This document shows positions 20,690-27,921 of a stretch of DNA of 64,000 nt, piece after piece. Location: the NCBI GenBank assembly GCA_963744995.1, contig CAVUWA010000005.1:352001-416000 (forward strand), written 5' to 3'. Under the pieces are notes generated by a model, which saw only the letters and a list, made by a program, of their open reading frames with translations, had not been told where the DNA came from and made no database searches. This DNA is from Candidatus Eiseniibacteriota bacterium. Lineage in GTDB: Bacteria; Eisenbacteria; RBG-16-71-46. Numbering within the stretch: position 1 is the stretch's first letter; each line of letters opens with the position of its first letter. The translations under genes were made by a program, and so were the position numbers.

Positions 20690-21883
20690 ATGAGCGGCGG
20701 CCGCGTCCGCATCGAGAAAGTGTGGAAGAAGTTCCGCAGGGGCGAGCGCCACGACAGCCTGCGTGATCTGATTCCGGCTCTCATGCGCACGCTGGCCCGG
20801 CGCCCGAAGAGCGATGCGCTCGAACGCGACCAGTTCTGGGCGCTTCAGGACGTGTCGTTCGCCGTCGAGCCGGGCGAAGCGCTCGGCATCATCGGCCCCA
20901 ACGGCGCAGGCAAGTCCACGATCCTCAAGATCCTCACGCGACTCATCCGGCCGACCTTCGGCCACGCCGAAGTGGTGGGCCGCGTGGGCGCGCTGCTCGA
21001 GATCGGCGGCAGCCTGCATCCGGACCTGACCGGGCGCGAGAACGTGTTCCTGCAGGGGTCGATCATGGGCATGCGCCGCGCCGAGATTCAGCGCAAGTTC
21101 GACGAGATCGTCGAGTTCGCCGGGATTCCCGAGTTCATCGACACGCCGGTCAAACGCTACTCGAGCGGCATGCACGCGCGGCTCGGCTTCGCGGTCGCGG
21201 CGCACCTCGAGACCGACGTGCTGATCATCGACGAGGTCCTGGCCGTGGGCGACGCCGCCTTCCAGCGCAAGGCGTTCGACCGCATGGAAGTCATGGTGAA
21301 GAGCGGCGTGCCGACGATCATCGTCTCCCACCAGCTCGAGCGCATCGCCTCGCTGTGCCAGCGTGCGATGCTGCTTTCCAAGGGCCGCGTGGCGTTCGAG
21401 GGCGACCCGTCGCAGTGCATCGCCGTCTACGCCGAGCTGCAGTCGACGATGGGGAAAGACGACTCGAGCGACCACGGTATTTCGATCGATTCGATCGAGC
21501 AGCGTCCGCAGGCGCCGGTTCCGTCGGGCCAGACGCTCGAGGTGGTGCTGCACGGGCACTCGGAGAGTACGAATCCGAACGAGGTCGTCGTGCTGCGCGT
21601 GCGTTCGATGCAGACGGGGCAGCTGATGTACGCGCTCAGTAACAAGTCGCGCGAGGTCCAGCTGCCGCATGGCCGGTTCGAGATGTGCGCCCGCTTCGTG
21701 ATGAACGTGCCGGAGGGGATGTACAGTGTCGAGAGTCTCGTGGCGCGGCGCGGCACCAACCGTGACATCTGGCATGGTCCGGCGACGCTCGTGCACGTGT
21801 CGGGCGGGCCGCCGTTCTGGGGCAGCGTGCAGATGCTGGCCAGCATCGAGGCCCGCGCCATACGGGATGGGAACACGTCATGA
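20690..21883 (+). CDS. wzt: Polysaccharide ABC exporter ATPase with C-terminal (Wzt_C-like) domain
   Basis: GPNGAGKST, YSSGM, IIDEVLAVGD; C-terminal extension. Confidence 0.9.
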   Translation: MSGGRVRIEKVWKKFRRGERHDSLRDLIPALMRTLARRPKSDALERDQFWALQDVSFAVEPGEALGIIGPNGAGKSTILKILTRLIRPTFGHAEVVGRVGALLEIGGSLHPDLTGRENVFLQGSIMGMRRAEIQRKFDEIVEFAGIPEFIDTPVKRYSSGMHARLGFAVAAHLETDVLIIDEVLAVGDAAFQRKAFDRMEVMVKSGVPTIIVSHQLERIASLCQRAMLLSKGRVAFEGDPSQCIAVYAELQSTMGKDDSSDHGISIDSIEQRPQAPVPSGQTLEVVLHGHSESTNPNEVVVLRVRSMQTGQLMYALSNKSREVQLPHGRFEMCARFVMNVPEGMYSVESLVARRGTNRDIWHGPATLVHVSGGPPFWGSVQMLASIEARAIRDGNTS

Positions 21884-22923
21884 GTGACGAACTCGATCAA
21901 CCGGCCAACCCGGACCTCGAGCTGATCGCCTCCCTCGGCGAACGCATCGACGCGGCGCTAGAGGGCCTGATCCCGAGCGACCGCCCCTACGCGCTGCTCG
22001 ACTTCCCGCACGCGCCGAACGTGGGCGACAGCATGATCTGGCTCGGCGAGCTCACGTGGTTCGCGCGGCGCGGCTACGGCCCGCCCTGCTACACGTGCAG
22101 CAACCTCACGTTCTCACCCGAGATCCTGCGACGGCGGATCGGCGACGGGACGATCGTCCTGTCCGGCGGCGGCAACTTCGGCGACCTCTACCCCACGCAT
22201 CAGGCCATGCGCGAGGCCGTGCTGGAACAGTTTCCCGACCACCCGGTCGTCCAGCTGCCGCAGACGATCCACTTCGAGTCCCCGGAGATGCAACAGGCCG
22301 CCGCAGCGAAGTTCGCGGCGCACCCGCGGCTCCTCGTGCTGGTGCGCGACGAGCAGAGCCTCGAGACGGCGAGCGGACCGCTCGGCGTCAACGCGCGCCT
22401 GTGCCCCGACATGGCGTTCTGTCTCGGTCCGATCCCGTGGCGCCCGCCGCCACGCGGAGGAATCGTCTGGATGCGCCGCCAGGACAAGGAGTCGGCGGGG
22501 GCGAGCGTCGATGCGCCGCCCCGGGGGGTGCGCGCCGTCGACTGGCTGGAAGACTGGCGCACGCCGCTGCTCTCGCTGAACCACATTCTCGCGCGGCAGC
22601 TGCGCTACCGCCCACCGTTGCGGAAGCCGCTCCAGGATCTGCTGTCGTCCACCTTCCCCGGCATCGCGCGGCAGCGCGTCGAGCGCGGGCGCCGAATCCT
22701 CGGCGCCGGACGGTTCGTGATCACCGACCGGCTGCACGGCCACATCCTCTCGATCCTCATGGGGATTCCGCACGCCGTGCTCGACAACGCATACGGCAAG
22801 GTGCGGCGCTTCCATGGCTGCTGGACCGCGCGGTCGCGGCTCGCCGAGTGGTGCCGGAGCGAGGAGGAAGCGCTGGCCTGCGCGCAGACCCGGGTCCCCG
22901 CAGGGCGCCCCGCGTTCGCCTGA
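21880..22923 (+). CDS. Polysaccharide pyruvyl transferase family protein
   Basis: NVGD, GGGNFGDLY, LPQTIHF, PDMAF, TDRLHGHI motifs. Confidence 0.9.
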   Translation: MSDELDQPANPDLELIASLGERIDAALEGLIPSDRPYALLDFPHAPNVGDSMIWLGELTWFARRGYGPPCYTCSNLTFSPEILRRRIGDGTIVLSGGGNFGDLYPTHQAMREAVLEQFPDHPVVQLPQTIHFESPEMQQAAAAKFAAHPRLLVLVRDEQSLETASGPLGVNARLCPDMAFCLGPIPWRPPPRGGIVWMRRQDKESAGASVDAPPRGVRAVDWLEDWRTPLLSLNHILARQLRYRPPLRKPLQDLLSSTFPGIARQRVERGRRILGAGRFVITDRLHGHILSILMGIPHAVLDNAYGKVRRFHGCWTARSRLAEWCRSEEEALACAQTRVPAGRPAFA

Positions 22924-22997
22924 GCCGCGCGGCGCACGGCCGGCGCCCGCCGGGCGCCCCACCGGTGCGCCGTGCCGCCACGGGCGGGGCCAAGCAG

Positions 22998-23034
22998 AAC
23001 GCGGGAGGCGATGATCGCCTCCCGCGTTTCTTTC
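22998..23034. terminator. Intrinsic terminator, possibly bidirectional
   Basis: 14-bp perfect stem aacgcgggaggcga/tcgcctcccgcgtt followed by tctttc on +. Confidence 0.8.
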
Positions 23035-23088
23035 GGTGGGCTGCTGGGATTCGCTGGAACGACCCAACTGCCGTCGTACCGAGCCGTC

Positions 23089-23130
23089 CTAGCGGACAGC
23101 CACCTCCGCGATCCACTTCCGTTTATCCAA
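23089..23130 (-). CDS. 13-aa micro-ORF MDKRKWIAEVAVR (TTG start)
   Basis: GAAAGGAGGTGGTCCA immediately upstream; TAG at 23089-23091. Confidence 0.55.
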   Translation of the reverse strand: MDKRKWIAEVAVR

Positions 23131-23159
23131 TGGACCACCTCCTTTCCCGCGTATGCGGG

Positions 23160-23188
23160 ACACTAGGAATCCGGTCCGCACATGTCAA
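23160..23188 (-). promoter_or_regulatory. Sigma70-type promoter
   Basis: TTGACA(23188-23183)-17 bp-TAGTGT(23165-23160). Confidence 0.75.
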
Positions 23189-23331
23189 AGAAAGAATGCA
23201 CGCGGCAGCGCGGGCATCGCCCGATTCGTGCGTCATGACGGATCGTTGACATGAGAACGATGGAGGTGCCACAGGATCCCTCGCCGCCGCGAGCGCCGGA
23301 GCGACGCGGCGCTTCGGCGGCTGCACCGGCG

Positions 23332-24210
23332 CTAGTGGCGCTGCTGCAGGGTGCGGAAGATGTGCAGATGCCTGAGCGCGGCATGGAAGTCGCCGAGCTT
23401 CTCGCACAGCGTCGCCAGGTTGTAGTGCGCATCCGCGAACTGCGGGTCCGCGGCGAGCGCGCGCTCGTAGGCGTCGAGCGCATCGACCGGGCGGCCGAGA
23501 TCCTCGAGCGCCACGCCGAGGTTGAACCACGCGGTCGGATGATCGCCGCCGTAGTCGAGCGCCCGCCGGTAGTGCGCTTCGGCGGCCTTCACCTCGCCGG
23601 CCTCGTGCAGCATGCGGCCGAGGTTCAGGCGGGCGTCCACGTGCGTGGGATCGGCCTCCAGCGCACGCCCGTAGGCGCGCCGCGCTTCCGTCTCGTCGAA
23701 GGGCTCGAGATCGCACGCGACCCCGTACCAGTCCTCGGCGTCGAGTGCGGTCTCCGAAGCCTCGGCCGCGGCGGCATTGCGGCGCGCGAGCGGCTCCACG
23801 CGCGCCGCGAACTCGGCCATGTCGAAGTCGAGCAGCGCCTGCCCGGAAGCCGGCTCCCATGCGACCGCGCCGTCGTGGACGATCACCTTGTCGCCCGCCG
23901 CGCTCAGCCGCACGCCGGTAATCGCCCGGCCGCGCGGCAGCTGATGCCTGAGCTCGCGCAACGCGCGGTAGACCTTGCGCGGCGGCAGTTCCCGGGTGAG
24001 CGCACGTGCCGTGCGCAGCAGCACCAGATCCTGGAACGAAAAGCGCGGTTCGCCCCGGGCATCGCGTCGCGGTTCGACGCAATCGGCGCGCACGTAGGCC
24101 TGCAGCTGTGCGGGGGTCATGCCCAGCAGGCGCGTCACGTCCTTCGCCGCATAACCCGTCGGGAAAGCGACGTGGTTTTCGATCCTGCGCGTGGAAGTCG
24201 CGGGGCTCAT
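23332..24210 (-). CDS. MerR-like HTH plus TPR protein
   Basis: N-terminal 'YAAKDVTRLLGMTPAQLQAYVR..FSFQDLVLLRTARAL'; about 4 C-terminal TPRs (NLG/YNLA). Confidence 0.8.
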   Translation of the reverse strand: MSPATSTRRIENHVAFPTGYAAKDVTRLLGMTPAQLQAYVRADCVEPRRDARGEPRFSFQDLVLLRTARALTRELPPRKVYRALRELRHQLPRGRAITGVRLSAAGDKVIVHDGAVAWEPASGQALLDFDMAEFAARVEPLARRNAAAAEASETALDAEDWYGVACDLEPFDETEARRAYGRALEADPTHVDARLNLGRMLHEAGEVKAAEAHYRRALDYGGDHPTAWFNLGVALEDLGRPVDALDAYERALAADPQFADAHYNLATLCEKLGDFHAALRHLHIFRTLQQRH

Positions 24211-24399
24211 CGCATCCTGCTCGCCGTCCGCTGCGGACGGATGTGGACGCCCGAATCGGAGCCGCCGGGCCGTGGCGCGTCCTTGCCGGACCGGGGCGCG
24301 GCGCTTCGTGTGCCGCAGACCGCGATGATACGCCCTCATGTGGAGCGTGCAAGGAACGATCGGCCGGGTGCCGGCGCCGCTCCTGCGCTCTCGGTGCCG

Positions 24400-25275
24400 C
24401 TACCGTGCCGCCTTCTTCTTCTTCGCCGTCTCGCTCTTGGCCGGTCGCGGCGAGCGCTTGGCGGCCTTGCGCGAGGCGCCGCCCTTCTTCGCGCCGCCGC
24501 CCGCGCCCTCGCCCAAGCTCTGCTTGAGCGCATCCATCAGATCGATGATCTGCGCCTGCGGCGCCTCGCTCGACAGCGCGAGGATGTCCTGGCCATCCAC
24601 CTTCTTCTGGATCATCGCCAGCATGCGGTCGCGCGAAGAATCCGAGTAGGCCTCGGGCTTGAAGTCCTCTGCGATGTTCTGCTCCATGAGCTGCAGCGCG
24701 AGCTTGAGTTCGCCCGGCTTGATCTCGGGCGTGTCGGGCATGTCGATCTCGGAGAACGGCCGCACCTCGTGCGCGTAACGCAGCTGCTGCATCACGAGGC
24801 CTTCCTTCACCGCCCGCAACATGACCAGGTAGTTCTTGCCGCGCGCCGCGTACTGGGCGATACCGACCACGCCGGTCTGGCGCATGGCCTCGCCGAGCAG
24901 CGCATAGGCGCGTTCGGCGCCCTTGTCGGGCCCGAGGTAGTAGGGTTTGTCGAAGTAGACCGGATCCACCTTGTCGATCGGGATGAACTCGCTGATCGCG
25001 ATGGCGCGGGTGGGATCCTCTTCGACCGCCTTGACCTCTTCGGGCGTGAAGAGGACGAACTGGTCCTTCACGAACTCGTAGCCCTTCGCGATGTTCTCGC
25101 GCGGCACGATTTCGTTATCCTTCGGACACATGTACTGCTGCTTGAGCGGCGTGCCGCACTTGTCGTGCACCATGCGGAACGACACGGTCTCGGACGACTT
25201 CCCGGAGGAGAACAGCTTGACGGGAATCGCCACCAGTCCGAATGAGATCGTTGCTGAACCGAGTGCGCTGGCCAT
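24400..25275 (-). CDS. ku: Ku protein (NHEJ DNA end-binding)
   Basis: 'ISFGLVAIPVKL', 'KGYE', 'YFDKPYYLGP', 'IIDLMDALKQSL', basic tail. Confidence 0.96.
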   Translation of the reverse strand: MASALGSATISFGLVAIPVKLFSSGKSSETVSFRMVHDKCGTPLKQQYMCPKDNEIVPRENIAKGYEFVKDQFVLFTPEEVKAVEEDPTRAIAISEFIPIDKVDPVYFDKPYYLGPDKGAERAYALLGEAMRQTGVVGIAQYAARGKNYLVMLRAVKEGLVMQQLRYAHEVRPFSEIDMPDTPEIKPGELKLALQLMEQNIAEDFKPEAYSDSSRDRMLAMIQKKVDGQDILALSSEAPQAQIIDLMDALKQSLGEGAGGGAKKGGASRKAAKRSPRPAKSETAKKKKAAR

Positions 25276-25304
25276 TGGCGTGAAACCCTAGCACGGGGAA
25301 GCGG

Positions 25305-27899
25305 GTGGGCAAGAGCAAGAAGATCGACCGGCTGGAACGCTACCGGGCCAAACGGACCCCGGGCGGGACCCCGGAGCCGTTCGGCGGCGGCGCGCTAAGG
25401 CCTTGTCTTTTCGTCGTGCAGAAGCACGCAGCACGCGCCACCCACTACGATTTTCGGCTGGAGTGGGGCGGGACTTTGCTGTCCTGGGCGGTCCCCCACG
25501 GAATTTCACGAGACCCGGACGTGAAGCGCCTCGCCGTGCACGTCGAGGACCACCCGGTCGACTATGCGGACTTCGAGGGGCTGATCCCGCCCGGCAACTA
25601 CGGTGCCGGCGCCGTGATCGTCTGGGACCGCGGGCTGTGGATTCCGTTCGACGACCCCGACCAGTTCGGTGAGACCGGCAAGCTGCACTTCGAGCTGCGC
25701 GGCTACAAGCTGCGCGGCATCTTCACGCTGATCAAGACGAAGCGCGGCGACAACCAGTGGATCCTGTTCAAGAAGCGCGACGGCCACGAGGTGCCCGGGG
25801 ACGAGCCGGCGCTCGCCGAGACCTCGGTGCTCTCAGGGCTCACGGTCGAGCAGCTGGCCGCGGGCGAGACGCGGGCGGGCCAGGTGGAAGCCGCGCTGCG
25901 CCGCGCGAAGGCGCCGCGCCGCCGCGTGGATCCGATGAAGGTCGACGTCATGCTGGCCGAGACCGGCGGGCAGCCGTTCTCACGCGCCGGCTGGCTGTTC
26001 GAACTCAAGTACGACGGCTACCGCATGCTGGCCGCCCGCGACGCCGACGGGAACGTCAAGCTGCGTTACCGGAGCGGCATCGACGCGACGCCGGTGTTCC
26101 CGGACGTGGCGCGCGCGGTGAAGGCGCTGCCCTACGACATGGTGCTGGATGGCGAGGTGGTGGTGCTCGACGACGAGGGACGCCCGGATTTCCACCGACT
26201 TCAGAAACGTGGCCGGCTGCAGAAACGGCTCGAGATCGACCGCGCGACGGTGAACCTGCCCGCGACCTACTTCGCGTTCGACCTGCTCGGCTTCGAGGAC
26301 TTCGACCTGCGCGGGCTGCCGCTCACGAAGCGCAAGGCGCTGCTCCGCGATCTGCTGCCCCCCGTCGGCGTGGTGCGCTTCAGCGATCACATCGAGACGC
26401 GCGGCGCCGAGATGTTCGCCCAGGTCGAGAAGATGGGCCTCGAAGGCATCGTCGCGAAACAGGCGCGTTCGCCCTACCGCGGCCGGCGCTCCGGTGAGTG
26501 GCTGAAGCTCCCGGTCGAGAAGACCGGGGATTTCGTGGTGTGCGGCTGGTCACCGCCGCAGGGCTCGCGCTCGGGCTTCGGCGCGCTGCACCTGGGCGCG
26601 TACGACGACGGCGCCCTGGTCTATGCGGGCAGCGTCGGCACCGGCTTCAACGCGAAGCAGATCGCGGCGCTGGTGAAGACGCTCGAGCCGCTCAGGCGCA
26701 GGAAGGCGCCGTGCACGGGTGCCGTGCCGAAGGGTCCCGGGCACGTATGGCTCGAGCCCGAGCGCGTCGTCGAAGTCGGCTACAAGGCGATCACCCCTGA
26801 CGGCCTGCTGCGCATCCCGGTATTCCGCCGCCTGCGCGACGACAAACGCCCGGAGGAATGCGCGCATCCGGCCCCGGGCGAGCTGCCCGATCCGGCCGAG
26901 ACGCTCGCGGCGCTGCGCGAGGAGCGCAGTTCCGAGCGCACGGTGCAGACCACCAACCCCGAAAAGGTGTTCTGGCCCGCCGAGGGCTACACCAAGGGCG
27001 ACCTGGTCGGTTACTACGCGGCGATCGCGCCGTGGATCCTCCCCTACCTCGAAGACCGGCCGCTGGTGCTGACGCGCTTCCCCGACGGCATCGAGGGCAA
27101 GAGCTTCTATCAGAAGAATGCGCCGGCGTTCACGCCGGCGTGGGTCCGGCGTGCGCCGATCTGGAGCGAGAGCTCCGAGCGCGACGTCGAGTACCTGGTC
27201 TGCGACGACGCGGTGACGCTGCACTACGTCGCCAACGCGGCGGCGATCCCGCTGCACGTGTGGTCGTCGCGGGTCACGACGATCCAGCAGCCCGACTGGT
27301 GCATCCTCGATCTCGACCCCAAGGAGGCGCCGTTCAAGCACGTCATCCATCTCGCCCTGGCGATCCGCGCGCTGTGCGACGACATCGAGCTGCCGTGCTT
27401 CGCGAAGACCAGCGGCTCGACCGGCCTGCACGTGCTGATTCCGCTCGGCGGCCAGTGCACCTACGAGCAGTCGCGCATGCTCGGCCACCTGCTCGGCCAG
27501 GTGATCGTCGCCGAGCACGGGGAGATCGCCACGATCGCGCGCCGCTTCGAGCAGCGGGGCGGCAAGGTGTATGTCGACTACCTGCAGAACCGCCACGGCC
27601 AGCTGCTGGTGGCGCCGTTCTGCGTGCGGCCGCTGCCGGGCGCGCCGGTGTCGATGCCGCTTGAGTGGAAGGAAGTGAACGGGAAGCTCGACATGTCGAA
27701 GTTCACGATCCGCACGATGCCGAAGCGCATGGAAAAGCTCGGCGAGGATCCGATGCGGCCCGTCATGACGCTGCGGCCCGATCTGGCCGGGGCGCTGGGG
27801 CGACTCGCGGCGCGGGTGGAGCGGGGCGAGGCGAAAACCCGGACCCGGCGAGCGCGACTGCCGAGACCCTCGGCTTCTCGCACGCGCCGGCGCGGCTGA
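25305..27899 (+). CDS. ligD: DNA ligase D (phosphoesterase-ligase-polymerase)
   Basis: HYDFRLE (PE), ELKYDG (ligase), RFPDG/DLDP/KTSG (Pol). Confidence 0.96.
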   Translation: MGKSKKIDRLERYRAKRTPGGTPEPFGGGALRPCLFVVQKHAARATHYDFRLEWGGTLLSWAVPHGISRDPDVKRLAVHVEDHPVDYADFEGLIPPGNYGAGAVIVWDRGLWIPFDDPDQFGETGKLHFELRGYKLRGIFTLIKTKRGDNQWILFKKRDGHEVPGDEPALAETSVLSGLTVEQLAAGETRAGQVEAALRRAKAPRRRVDPMKVDVMLAETGGQPFSRAGWLFELKYDGYRMLAARDADGNVKLRYRSGIDATPVFPDVARAVKALPYDMVLDGEVVVLDDEGRPDFHRLQKRGRLQKRLEIDRATVNLPATYFAFDLLGFEDFDLRGLPLTKRKALLRDLLPPVGVVRFSDHIETRGAEMFAQVEKMGLEGIVAKQARSPYRGRRSGEWLKLPVEKTGDFVVCGWSPPQGSRSGFGALHLGAYDDGALVYAGSVGTGFNAKQIAALVKTLEPLRRRKAPCTGAVPKGPGHVWLEPERVVEVGYKAITPDGLLRIPVFRRLRDDKRPEECAHPAPGELPDPAETLAALREERSSERTVQTTNPEKVFWPAEGYTKGDLVGYYAAIAPWILPYLEDRPLVLTRFPDGIEGKSFYQKNAPAFTPAWVRRAPIWSESSERDVEYLVCDDAVTLHYVANAAAIPLHVWSSRVTTIQQPDWCILDLDPKEAPFKHVIHLALAIRALCDDIELPCFAKTSGSTGLHVLIPLGGQCTYEQSRMLGHLLGQVIVAEHGEIATIARRFEQRGGKVYVDYLQNRHGQLLVAPFCVRPLPGAPVSMPLEWKEVNGKLDMSKFTIRTMPKRMEKLGEDPMRPVMTLRPDLAGALGRLAARVERGEAKTRTRRARLPRPSASRTRRRG

Positions 27900-27921
27900 T
27901 TCAAAGCCGGCGAACGCCGGC

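Larger units (their letters stand above)
22995..23153 (-). ncRNA. Candidate structured small RNA / micropeptide mRNA
   Basis: Own promoter, extended SD, 13-aa ORF, stacked hairpins, terminator hairpin; ends are approximate. Confidence 0.6.

Noticed and set aside
23131..23146. 16S rRNA gene fragment (tggaccacctcctttc on +)
   Set aside because: No other 16S sequence flanks it; better explained as an extended SD on the minus strand.
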